This document shows, in pieces, positions 9,012-16,775 of a DNA stretch of 18,730 nucleotides. Origin of the DNA: a virus (taxonomy: Duplodnaviria > Heunggongvirae > Uroviricota > Caudoviricetes); IMG/VR virus record IMGVR_UViG_2695420817_000007; one strand, written 5' to 3'. The position numbers and the translations under genes are program-made. Within the stretch, counting starts at the first letter, position 1. The number at the start of each line of letters is the position of its first letter. Below the pieces are notes generated by a model. The model saw only the letters and a program-made list of their open reading frames with translations. It did not search any database and was not told the DNA's origin.

Positions 9012-9514
9012 CAGCACAACTCCGCAAAGATTCGCGGGCGGCACAGAATGTCAGAGATGGCCCAGCTCACATCGCGCCACAAATCTGATGTCTGTATATC
9101 CAGTGCGTCCGCCCGGCGGTCGCCCTTGTCCGTTGTGTCCGCATCGCGGTAACGCTCCAGAATCAGGGCGCGTGTGGCGGTATAAACAGCATTGCGCCAG
9201 TGCCAGAGATTGACGCTTTCTCCGTTAATTACGGGTGCCGGAACATCGGCCAGCGTCTGATGGCCAGCCGCCTGCTGTTCCTGCTGCCATGCTTCCAGCT
9301 CGCGGGTAACGTGAGCCACCGCCCCGGTGGCGGTATGCAGCAGGCGGGAGGTGGTCACACGGCCCGGCAGTCGTACCGCCAGACGCAGCTCACGCAGCAC
9401 AATATCCGGCCAGAATGCGCCCGCTGAAATACGGGTATCACCATCATCGGTATCGGTGATGTCGTCCTCTGCGGGTCCGGGGTTGGTTCTGGCAACCATA
9501 CTCATGGGGTTCAC
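9011..9514 (-). CDS. L: Head completion/stabilisation protein L
   Basis: 167 aa in the L position between M and X; acidic N-terminus and family-typical length. Confidence 0.8.
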   Translation of the reverse strand: MNPMSMVARTNPGPAEDDITDTDDGDTRISAGAFWPDIVLRELRLAVRLPGRVTTSRLLHTATGAVAHVTRELEAWQQEQQAAGHQTLADVPAPVINGESVNLWHWRNAVYTATRALILERYRDADTTDKGDRRADALDIQTSDLWRDVSWAISDILCRPRIFAELC

Positions 9515-9528
9515 TCCTGAAAAAAATC

Positions 9529-9600
9529 GGGCGGTGGGTGCGCGGTGTAAACGGTCACGGAGTCAAACCGGAACACCGCGCACGCCGCCCGCTGACGGGG
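9529..9600 (-). terminator. Long imperfect hairpin followed by a T-run on the minus strand, between M and L (terminator or attenuator candidate)
   Basis: Arms at about 9537-9557 (cgggcggtgggtgcgcggtgt) and 9582-9600 (acaccgcgcacgccgcccg) are near-complementary. On the minus strand the stem is followed by ATTTTTTTC and then the L ribosome-binding site (GGAGTG) and ATG. Confidence 0.4.
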
Positions 9601-9607
9601 TCAGTCG

Positions 9608-10408
9608 TTAACCGCGCTTCGCCTTCTGCGTCGCGGTGGTTTTTCGTGTTGCAGGCTTCCGCGTTGTCTTTTTACTTTTGCTGCTTTCGTCCTGCGCCTG
9701 CTGTGCGCTGGCGTCTTCTGGTGCGGCTGCGGAATCGGCTTTTTTCAGGGCGCGGGAAAGGGTTGCAATCTCGCGTTTCACACCTGCGTTCGGGTTCAGG
9801 TGCATTGCTTCGCGCAGCAGCTTCAGTGACAGTGCCATGCTGTCCGCATCGCTCAGGCCACGGCGGGCAAAGGCGCACGCCTTGCATAATTTGGCGCGCA
9901 CTTCGTCCGGCATGTCCTGGTCGGTGACAATCTCCCGGAGGGTATCCAGTGGTTCGATAAAGGCGGACAAATCCGCGTCGGCATCCGTCCCGGCCTGCGT
10001 CAGTACCGGGTTGCAGATTTCTTCGGTCAGCACTGTGGCAGCAGTACGGCCAAAGTTATCCGGCATAATGAGGTTATGACGGACCACATACGCACCAATA
10101 CGCAACGCCAGCGGAAGATCGCCGCAGTCAATCGCCCACACCATCAGCGTGGCAATCACTTCATCCTGCTGCCCGCCGTCAGCCTCCAGCGTTCCCTCAA
10201 TCCAGCCGGAAAAATCCGGCAACAACTCTTTTTTGATGGCGGCTTTCGCGCTTCTGGCCTGTACGCCCTTAAGCCGGGCCTGTGCCAGACGCAGACGATA
10301 CAGCACCTCTTCATGCGCGGTACGCGCGGCGTGGTCCACGCCTTCATTCGCCCGGCCTGCGCGCTGTGCCATCACGTTCTGCCAGTGTTGCTGTGCAGGA
10401 GTAATCAT
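9608..10408 (-). CDS. M: Terminase endonuclease (small) subunit M
   Basis: 266 aa; position between N and L; size and N-terminus (MITPAQQHWQNV...) consistent with P2 gpM. Confidence 0.85.
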   Translation of the reverse strand: MITPAQQHWQNVMAQRAGRANEGVDHAARTAHEEVLYRLRLAQARLKGVQARSAKAAIKKELLPDFSGWIEGTLEADGGQQDEVIATLMVWAIDCGDLPLALRIGAYVVRHNLIMPDNFGRTAATVLTEEICNPVLTQAGTDADADLSAFIEPLDTLREIVTDQDMPDEVRAKLCKACAFARRGLSDADSMALSLKLLREAMHLNPNAGVKREIATLSRALKKADSAAAPEDASAQQAQDESSKSKKTTRKPATRKTTATQKAKRG

Positions 10409-10425
10409 TGTTTCTCTCCGTTACA

Positions 10426-10444
10426 GGCGGGCATGATGCCCGCC
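10426..10444. other. Short GC-rich palindrome between N stop and M start
   Basis: ggcgggc-atgat-gcccgcc; no T-run on either strand, so not a canonical terminator. Confidence 0.3.
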
Positions 10445-10453
10445 GTGAGTTGA

Positions 10454-11506
10454 TTAGCTGTCGGCGAACTTCAGGCCAGTGACCATCGCGCACTTGCCAT
10501 AGTCTTCAACGACATAAGCGTCATTGATGGACTGGTAGGTGGCGATGCGGTTGTATTCCGGCTCGTCTTTCATCAGGCGACGCATTGAACCTTTCTGCCA
10601 GTAAATCGACAGGTTGTTGAACGAGGTGATCAGCATCGTTGCATCCGGGAAGAACGGCGCAAGGAACACACCCAGCCCGCCAATGGTGCGCGATGACAGG
10701 ATGAGCTGCCCGGCGAGTAATTCCGCATTGGGATTCTGGCCGCTGATGCTGTTCAGCACGGGCAGACGCAGCGAGTTAAACAGGTTGCGCCCCATAATCA
10801 CCACGAGGTCGTCAGCTTCCTTGTGCCATTCATCCAGCAGGGATGAGCGTGCGTCCTGAACCAGTGCATCAGCATTCGCATACTTACCCGCGTGCGCCAC
10901 GGTGTTGTCCATGTTGCGGGAGGTCAGCGTCACGTCATTCATTACGCGCGCGCTGGCATTGGTTCTGATGTGCTCCAGCCACCCCACGTTAACGTCCTGA
11001 AGCAGCTTGTTGGTGCTGAAGTTGGATTTTTCCGCGTGTGACGTGCCGTTAAAGCCGATCATGATGCGGTCAAGCGCCACCTGTCGGGCAATCTGTGCGC
11101 TGATGCGGGTCTGGAAGTCATTGTGCGCCGCCCAGGCATCAAGCTGCGGATACGAAATAAACGTGTCGTAGTTCACCTGCTCACACTGGTACTGACGGGA
11201 CTTCAGGTCGACAGCGTTAATCGGGTTGCGGCGATCTGTGCCGTCATAACTGGTATTTGTGCGCGCAATCGGCCCGGTGGTGTCCATGAGGACTTTTTCG
11301 CCTTTCTGGTCGGTCACACCGATCACGTTAATTTTTTTTGTAAGTTCGGTGCTATCCTTTGAGGCGTTTTCAAAACGCTGCTGCACCGCGGGTTCCACGG
11401 TAAATCGCGATACCAGTCCAGAAACCGGGATATTGTTAATCGACGCCTGTCGCGTCATGTAGCAGCCCAGCTTGTTACGGGCATTATCTGACATCACCAG
11501 ATTCAT
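10454..11506 (-). CDS. N: Major capsid protein N (P2 family)
   Basis: 350 aa; size and position after scaffold O. Confidence 0.9.
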   Translation of the reverse strand: MNLVMSDNARNKLGCYMTRQASINNIPVSGLVSRFTVEPAVQQRFENASKDSTELTKKINVIGVTDQKGEKVLMDTTGPIARTNTSYDGTDRRNPINAVDLKSRQYQCEQVNYDTFISYPQLDAWAAHNDFQTRISAQIARQVALDRIMIGFNGTSHAEKSNFSTNKLLQDVNVGWLEHIRTNASARVMNDVTLTSRNMDNTVAHAGKYANADALVQDARSSLLDEWHKEADDLVVIMGRNLFNSLRLPVLNSISGQNPNAELLAGQLILSSRTIGGLGVFLAPFFPDATMLITSFNNLSIYWQKGSMRRLMKDEPEYNRIATYQSINDAYVVEDYGKCAMVTGLKFADS

Positions 11507-11529
11507 AAAAAATTTGCTCCTTTGTCTTA

Positions 11530-12366
11530 TCAGAAGTCAGCCAGCTGGTCGGAGGCTGCGCCCGTTGCGGTGAACCGGTTCTGCGGATCGCCGTCCTGCG
11601 TGCGCAGTTTTTCCTTCAGTGCTGTCAGCTCTGTGGTCAGCGAAGTGATTTTCTGGCTGTCCTGCTGATGGTGGGTTTCCAGTGCATTAAAACGGTCGAT
11701 AATGTCGGCCTGTGATGTTGCGACACCTTCCACCGCTTCCTGAATACGGGAGAAACTGGCGTCATCCGCTTTGCGGCCACGGCCAATAATCCCCATAACG
11801 CGGTTAAACCACTGGGTGCCTTCTTCCTGACGTTGTTCGGTGAGTTCGATAAGTTCTGACTCCATAGCGGCGGTAAACATCGCCACGTCTCCCTGCTGAC
11901 AGTTGAATGTCATCAGTTGCATACGTTGTTGTGCCGCAAAGGCCAGACGTTCCGTGCCCAGGCTGGCGGGGGTGTCGGTCATTGCCAGCCCGCGCAGGTA
12001 AGGGCCTCCCGTGATGGTTGACTGTGGTTCCAGCTCAATACTGGAGTAAATTTTTTTACCATCGTTAAGCAGGGACATCATGCGAGCGGTCGGCTCAATT
12101 TCGGCATACAGTGCCGTGCGGCCTGCCAGCGGGCCATCGGTTATGTCTTCGGTGCTCAACCCCACAACATCGCCCATAGCGGAAAACTCGCTGCCGGGGA
12201 GTGGTGACAGGATGTGCTCAATATTCACACGTGCACCATAAACGGACGGGTTATAACTGGTGGCGGCAGCTTTCAGCATGTCGCCGTTGATTTCGCGCCC
12301 GTCTGCCGTCACACCGGAGACAGCCACGCGAAACTTTTTGCGGGATGTCTTTTTTTCATTAGTCAT
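11530..12366 (-). CDS. O: Capsid scaffolding protein O
   Basis: Track ORF 11530-12399. The second ATG (12366) is preceded by GAGGGG at good spacing; the first ATG has no ribosome-binding site. N-terminus FRVAVSGVTADGREINGDMLKAAATSYNPSVYGARVNIEHI resembles gpO (FRIGVEGDTCDGRVISAQDIQEMAETFDPRVYGCRINLEH). Confidence 0.9.
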   Translation of the reverse strand: MTNEKKTSRKKFRVAVSGVTADGREINGDMLKAAATSYNPSVYGARVNIEHILSPLPGSEFSAMGDVVGLSTEDITDGPLAGRTALYAEIEPTARMMSLLNDGKKIYSSIELEPQSTITGGPYLRGLAMTDTPASLGTERLAFAAQQRMQLMTFNCQQGDVAMFTAAMESELIELTEQRQEEGTQWFNRVMGIIGRGRKADDASFSRIQEAVEGVATSQADIIDRFNALETHHQQDSQKITSLTTELTALKEKLRTQDGDPQNRFTATGAASDQLADF

Positions 12367-12399
12367 AGTTTTTGCCCCTCTGACTGGTTCTTCAGTCAT

Positions 12400-12520
12400 G
12401 ATGGCAAAGCGTAACAGGCTGATACAAAGGGCTTTTGTTGTAAGAAAACGGCCAGAACAGGGGGTTAAGGAGAACGGTTTCGCGCGCGGGTAATCTTCCT
12501 GTAATTACTCAGGGGGAGCA
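12400..12520. promoter_or_regulatory. Divergent intergenic region between O and P; expected site of the divergent late promoters
   Basis: 121-bp gap between divergent operons, with GGGGGAG ahead of the P ATG. I could not identify a convincing TGT-N12-ACA activator site by eye. Confidence 0.35.
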
Positions 12521-14272
12521 ATGATTCAGGACGCTTTTGTGCGCCAGCGTGCGCGGCAACTTTACTGGCAGGGTTATCCGCCCGCAGAAATATCACGTCT
12601 GATGGGAATAAACCCGAACACGATTTATGCGTGGAAAAAACGCGACCAGTGGGATGAAACACCACCCGTGCAGCGTGTCACGCAGTCCATCGATGCGCGC
12701 CTCATCCAGCTTACTGAAAAACAGAATAAAACAGGTGGTGACTTCAAGGAAATAGACCTGCTGACCCGGCAGCTTAAAAAACTGCATGATGGCCAGCCGG
12801 ATGCGACGGCCACAGGAAAGAAAAGCCGGGCGAAAAAACTCAAAAATCATTTCACGCCGGAACAGATTGCCGCACTGCGGGAAAAAATCATCAGCAGGCT
12901 GGAGTGGCATCAGCGGGGCTGGTTTGACTCTCTGACCCTTTGCAGGGAAGCCGGGATACGTAACAGGATGATCCTGAAATCCCGACAGATTGGAGCGACA
13001 TGGTATTTTGCACAGGAAGCACTGCTGATGGCGCTGCGTGACGATGTGGCGCAACCTTACCAGCGTAACCAGATTTTTTTGTCTGCGTCGCGTCGTCAGG
13101 CGTTCCAGTTTAAAAGCATTATTCAGAAGGCTGCATCTGAAGTTGATGTGGAGCTGAAAGGGGGCGATAAAATCATCCTCTCCAACGGCGCAGAGCTGCA
13201 TTTTCTTGGTACTTCTGCTGCGACGGCACAGTCCTACACGGGCAATTTTTATTTTGATGAATTTTTCTGGGTCAGTCGCTTTGCTGAACTGCGCAAGGTG
13301 GCTGGCGCTATGGCAACCCTCAGCGGACTGCGGCGCACCTACTTCTCCACGCCATCCACCGAAACGCACGAGGCATACGCCTACTGGAACGGCGACCGCT
13401 GGAACGAGAAAAAGGCCACGCATAAACGCCAGCGTTTTTCTGTTGACTGGAAAACGCTGCATAACGGGCTTATCTGCCCTGACCGGACGTGGCGGCAAAT
13501 TGTCACGCTGGAAGATGTGGTTAATCACGGCTGGAAACACACCGATATCGACGAAATTCGTGATGAAAACACCGAAGACGAGTTCCTCAATCTCTATATG
13601 TGTGAGTTTGTCCGCGAAGGGGAATCGGCATTTAACCTGAATATCCTGATTGGCTGCGGTGTTGACGGATACGACGACTGGAAAGACTGGAAACCTTTTG
13701 CTCCCCGCCCGATGGGGAATCGTCCGGTATGGATTGGGTATGACGCAAACGGCAGCAGTGGCAACGGCGACAGCGGCGCTGTGTCCGTGGTGGTTCCTCC
13801 GGCTGTTCCTGGTGGCCGTTTTCGAACGGTGGAGACGCGACGCGTTCAGGGGCTGGAGTTTGAAGAACAGGCCAGAGTCATTGAAGAGTTCACGTGTCGC
13901 TACAACGTGGAACACATCGGCATTGATGTGACGGGCGGGAACGGGGAGGCTGTTTATCAGATAGTGAAGCGGTTTTTCCCTGCTGCTATTCCGTACACCT
14001 TCACGCTGTCATCCAAACGGTCGCTGGTACTGAAAATGCTGCAAATAATGCGTGCCGGACGGTGGGAATACGATCGCGCCGAACGCGAGCTGGTCGCGGC
14101 CTTTAACGCCGTGCGTAAGGTGAAAACACCGGGCGGCTTTATCACTTACGAAACGGACCGCGCGAGGGGGATCAGCCACGGCGACCTTGCGTGGGCAACC
14201 ATGCTTGCTGTCATTAACGAACCAATTGGCGGCGAAGGAGAAAACGAGCGTTTCACGGTTATGGAGTTCTGA
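12521..14272 (+). CDS. P: Terminase ATPase (large) subunit P
   Basis: 583 aa; Walker A-like KSRQIGATWYF; size and position match P2 gpP. Confidence 0.9.
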   Translation: MIQDAFVRQRARQLYWQGYPPAEISRLMGINPNTIYAWKKRDQWDETPPVQRVTQSIDARLIQLTEKQNKTGGDFKEIDLLTRQLKKLHDGQPDATATGKKSRAKKLKNHFTPEQIAALREKIISRLEWHQRGWFDSLTLCREAGIRNRMILKSRQIGATWYFAQEALLMALRDDVAQPYQRNQIFLSASRRQAFQFKSIIQKAASEVDVELKGGDKIILSNGAELHFLGTSAATAQSYTGNFYFDEFFWVSRFAELRKVAGAMATLSGLRRTYFSTPSTETHEAYAYWNGDRWNEKKATHKRQRFSVDWKTLHNGLICPDRTWRQIVTLEDVVNHGWKHTDIDEIRDENTEDEFLNLYMCEFVREGESAFNLNILIGCGVDGYDDWKDWKPFAPRPMGNRPVWIGYDANGSSGNGDSGAVSVVVPPAVPGGRFRTVETRRVQGLEFEEQARVIEEFTCRYNVEHIGIDVTGGNGEAVYQIVKRFFPAAIPYTFTLSSKRSLVLKMLQIMRAGRWEYDRAERELVAAFNAVRKVKTPGGFITYETDRARGISHGDLAWATMLAVINEPIGGEGENERFTVMEF

Positions 14273-15318
14273 TGAGCAGAAAAAATAAAAAAGTGCGCAT
14301 GAGTTCACGCATTGATCTCGCTGATGCGCTCAGGAAAGAATCATCGCTCAGTGCATTCACATTTGATGGTCCTTATCGCCTGACCGGGCATGACCTGCTG
14401 GACAATATGTACTGTGCTGATAACGGGCGGTGGTATGAAACCCCGGTGGACTGGTACGGTCTGGCAAGAGCCGCCCGGCAAACGTCCTGGCATCAGTCTG
14501 CGCTTTACTTTAAGCGCAATGTATTGCTCGGTTGCTACATCCCGCACCCGCTGCTTTCCCGGCAGGATTTCTCGGCGCTGGCGCTGGACTGGTTTGTGTT
14601 CGGTAACGCATTCCTTGAGCTTCGGAGTAATATGCTCGGCGAACCACTTAAATTACGGCACGCACTGGCGAAATACGTGCGACGCGGAAGCGATCTTGAA
14701 TCATGGTGGTATGTGCAGGATGGCAAGGACGCGTTTCAGTTTCGCCCTGGCAAAGTGTGCCACCTGATGAATCCGGACATTAACCAGGAAATTTACGGCA
14801 TGCCGGAATATCTTGGCGCATTACTCTCGGCCAGCCTGTCTCATTCGGCGGACATGTTCAGAAAACTGTATTACGACAACGGATCCCACGCCGGGTGCAT
14901 CATCTACATCGGTGCAGCGCAGGTAAACCGCGAAAGCATGGACTCCCTGAAAGAAACGCTACAGGGGGCACGTGGTGGTGGTGCGTTTAAAAACGTGCTC
15001 ATTCATGCGCCCAACGGGGGCAAAGAGGGGGTGCAAATTTTGCCGTTCCAGCAGATCACCGCAAAGGATGAGTTCATGAATGTTAAGGCGGCATCCCGTG
15101 ATGATGTGCTGGCTGCGCACCGCGTTCCGCCGCAACTGATGGGGGCGATGCCGGGCGAAAAAAGTGCGTTTGGTGATGTGGAGAAGGCCGCGCGGGTTTA
15201 CGCAATTAACGAGCTGATGCCCGTCATGGAGGCCATGAAGCACATCAATGACTGGCTTGGCGAAGAGGTGATCCGCTTTAACCCTTACGCACTGTTAGAT
15301 ACCCAGCCCACATCCTGA
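14272..15318 (+). CDS. Q: Portal protein Q
   Basis: 348 aa; start overlaps the P stop (TGATG); size and position match P2 gpQ. Confidence 0.9.
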   Translation: MSRKNKKVRMSSRIDLADALRKESSLSAFTFDGPYRLTGHDLLDNMYCADNGRWYETPVDWYGLARAARQTSWHQSALYFKRNVLLGCYIPHPLLSRQDFSALALDWFVFGNAFLELRSNMLGEPLKLRHALAKYVRRGSDLESWWYVQDGKDAFQFRPGKVCHLMNPDINQEIYGMPEYLGALLSASLSHSADMFRKLYYDNGSHAGCIIYIGAAQVNRESMDSLKETLQGARGGGAFKNVLIHAPNGGKEGVQILPFQQITAKDEFMNVKAASRDDVLAAHRVPPQLMGAMPGEKSAFGDVEKAARVYAINELMPVMEAMKHINDWLGEEVIRFNPYALLDTQPTS

Positions 15319-15343
15319 CGCGCTTCGCTTGTCTGCTGCTTCG

Positions 15344-15369
15344 CCGGGGCATAAAAAATTTATGCCCCG
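15344..15369. other. Perfect 11-bp inverted repeat hairpin just downstream of Q
   Basis: cggggcataaa-aaaa-tttatgccccg; no adjacent T-run. Possible operon-end structure or packaging-region element. Confidence 0.4.
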
Positions 15370-15772
15370 ACTCTCCAGCTCCTGTATCAGTCAGATAATT
15401 TCACGACGCTTTCCTGCTTATTGCCATCATCGACGGTCAGATTCTTACGCAATCCCACTGCGCTGACTGCATGTTCTCGCCGCCTCAGTGCGATTTTGAC
15501 GGCCTTACCTTTCACCCCATCAAACCAGAATCCCTCACGTATTTTTCACGCTCAGCGTGAGAAATACGGCCATTCTGTTGTATCTCTGCGACATCGTTCA
15601 GGGAATGCTATTTACCCCCTGAAACGCGGGCTGTTCCCCCGTCACCTGCGCGCAGAAAAAACGCGTTTTTTTGTGCACGTACGGATCCTTGACGGATCCA
15701 GCCACCACGCGGGCCGGAAGTACAAAAAGTCGTTCAAAAAAATTGTGCAAACTTGTGCACTATCGTGCAAAC
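15370..15772. other. Non-coding, palindrome- and repeat-rich region in the position of the cos/packaging site
   Basis: No credible ORF. Contains a 15-bp palindrome tcacgctcagcgtga (about 15546-15560), a duplicated acggatcc (about 15681-15699), and four TGTGCA-type motifs (about 15670-15772). The exact P2/186 19-nt cos sequence as I recall it is not present. Confidence 0.35.
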
Positions 15773-15795
15773 AAAAAAAGCGCCTTATCGGCGCT
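15773..15795 (-). terminator. Rho-independent terminator for the minus-strand 89-aa gene
   Basis: agcgcc-ttatc-ggcgct stem-loop preceded on the plus strand by aaaaaaa (a T7 run after the hairpin on the minus strand), 10 bp downstream of the ORF stop at 15805. Confidence 0.65.
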
Positions 15796-15804
15796 TCAAA
15801 AGTA

Positions 15805-16074
15805 TCAATTGTTGCTGTGTATTAATCGCCAACCACGAACATATGCTTCATAGGCATCTCTGTGCCTTACAGTTCCAGCCTGGCTAAACGGAATGTTAGC
15901 TAAAACTAAATCATTCTGAGCCATAGCGCGTCCTTCAAGCGCATCTTTTATGCCTAGCTCAAAAGCACAGGCAGCGCATTTGTGCCGACCTTCTTGTCCT
16001 TGATATTCAGGGAGAGACAGAAATGTTGGATTATAACGATGAGGGTTCTTGCAAATACCTGTTTTAGCCCGCAC
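15805..16074 (-). CDS. Hypothetical protein, 89 aa, accessory gene
   Basis: GTG start with GAGGT ribosome-binding site 7 nt upstream; dedicated terminator downstream; GC about 45%, lower than the phage backbone. No family recognised by eye. Confidence 0.45.
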   Translation of the reverse strand: MRAKTGICKNPHRYNPTFLSLPEYQGQEGRHKCAACAFELGIKDALEGRAMAQNDLVLANIPFSQAGTVRHRDAYEAYVRGWRLIHSNN

Positions 16075-16095
16075 TTTATTTACCTCATAGGAAAA

Positions 16096-16237
16096 ATATG
16101 CGTGCCTTTACAGAGGTGCGTGTAAGCAATAAAATATACGACGCACATTTTGATTTACTTCGGAAGGCACGCATATCAGGTTAAGTGAGTCCGACCGAGT
16201 TTTACGCCCCAATAGTTGCTGCTATTGGGGCGTTTTG
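16096..16237 (+). ncRNA. Candidate structured small RNA or leader: long stem-loop plus intrinsic terminator
   Basis: 13-bp inverted repeat atatgcgtgcctt / aaggcacgcatat (about 16096-16108 and 16164-16176) enclosing an inner gtgcgt/acgcac stem, then a canonical terminator cgccccaatag-ttgctg-ctattggggcg + TTTTG (about 16205-16237). A 28-codon ORF (16098-16184) with an AGGA site is embedded, so a small peptide gene is not excluded. Confidence 0.4.
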
Positions 16238-16413
16238 CATGGACAATGCCGCGCAATTATCTTGTCGCTCACAATGCGAACGATCTTACAAAAAGGCACA
16301 TTACTGTCAAGATAATTGATCGTTTTAATCGATAGATAATAGACAATCTATTTGTTTAACAGATCGATTATTGAAGTAAGTGTGCCAAATGGAATGATAC
16401 TGTCTCTATAAAC

Positions 16414-16455
16414 GTGAGCATTTTCTCTATAAACGTGAGCATTTTTCGCGCAGAT
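16414..16455. repeat. Two tandem 21-bp direct repeats immediately downstream of parR
   Basis: ctctataaacgtgagcatttt repeated twice head-to-tail; ends a few bp before the parR stop at 16460. Confidence 0.8.
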
Positions 16456-16459
16456 GCTT

Positions 16460-16771
16460 TTACTCAGGAAATAACGCCCGGATATTCCCAGCCATCTGGC
16501 TGGTTATCTTAGCCACTGGTGCAGACTGTGCTTCAAACTTTTTTGAGCTGATTTGTGTCACAGGTAACATCTCATCATCAGCCCATGCGGCCAGTCGGTA
16601 AGCCTCTGCCGGATTCGTCTTCAGAAGTGCCAGCCCGGCCAGAAAAGCCACGCGTTGGCCGCTTTTGCGGGCTTCTGGTGTAAGGCTGTCCAGCCAGGCG
16701 CATGCTTCTCCTTCGTTCTTGACGGCAGCTGGCTTCAGATAGAAACTTATTCTTCTGGTTGGTGTCGTCAT
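16460..16771 (-). CDS. parR: ParR-like centromere-binding adaptor (type II partition)
   Basis: 103 aa; N-terminal segment RRISFYLKPA...AWLDSLTPEARKSGQRVAFLAGLAL parallels R1 ParR/StbB (RRTIAFKLNPD...DTLDSIPQGERSRLNRAALTAGLAL) as recalled; directly downstream of parM. Confidence 0.75.
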   Translation of the reverse strand: MTTPTRRISFYLKPAAVKNEGEACAWLDSLTPEARKSGQRVAFLAGLALLKTNPAEAYRLAAWADDEMLPVTQISSKKFEAQSAPVAKITSQMAGNIRALFPE

Positions 16772-16775
16772 TGGT

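Noticed and set aside
8099-9027. Long N-terminal extensions of the LysB ORF (to 8243) and the holin ORF (to 9027)
   Set aside because: The extensions overlap the upstream endolysin and X genes in other frames and lack ribosome-binding sites; internal starts with translational coupling are more plausible.
9327-10453. Several plus-strand and alternative-frame ORFs (for example 9538-9927, 9636-10079, 10076-10453) across genes L and M
   Set aside because: High-GC shadow ORFs with Arg/Ser/Ala-rich low-complexity translations, overlapping conserved structural genes.
12593-13915. 440-aa ORF on the minus strand inside the terminase P gene
   Set aside because: Antisense shadow ORF across a well-supported conserved gene; low-complexity Arg/Pro-rich translation; no independent support.
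15400-15500. Exact P2/186-type 19-nt cos cohesive end
   Set aside because: The recalled sequences (GGCGAGGCGGGGAAAGCAC and GGCGTGGCGGGGAAAGCAT) are not present exactly on either strand; only partial similarity, so no cos call is made.
15421-15825. 134-aa plus-strand ORF downstream of Q
   Set aside because: TTG start without ribosome-binding site; translation is low-complexity and runs through palindromes and the minus-strand terminator; region is better explained as non-coding.
15320-16240. tRNA gene or tRNA-associated attachment site
   Set aside because: No T-loop-like GTTCGAATC-type motif or cloverleaf-compatible sequence seen; P2-type integration sites are not expected next to Q.
16414-16455. 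CRISPR array
   Set aside because: Only two directly abutting 21-bp repeats with no spacers; no cas genes.
16096-16460. Retron (msr/msd) interpretation of the inverted-repeat RNA element
   Set aside because: No reverse transcriptase ORF downstream on the same strand; adjacent genes are parR/parM on the opposite strand.
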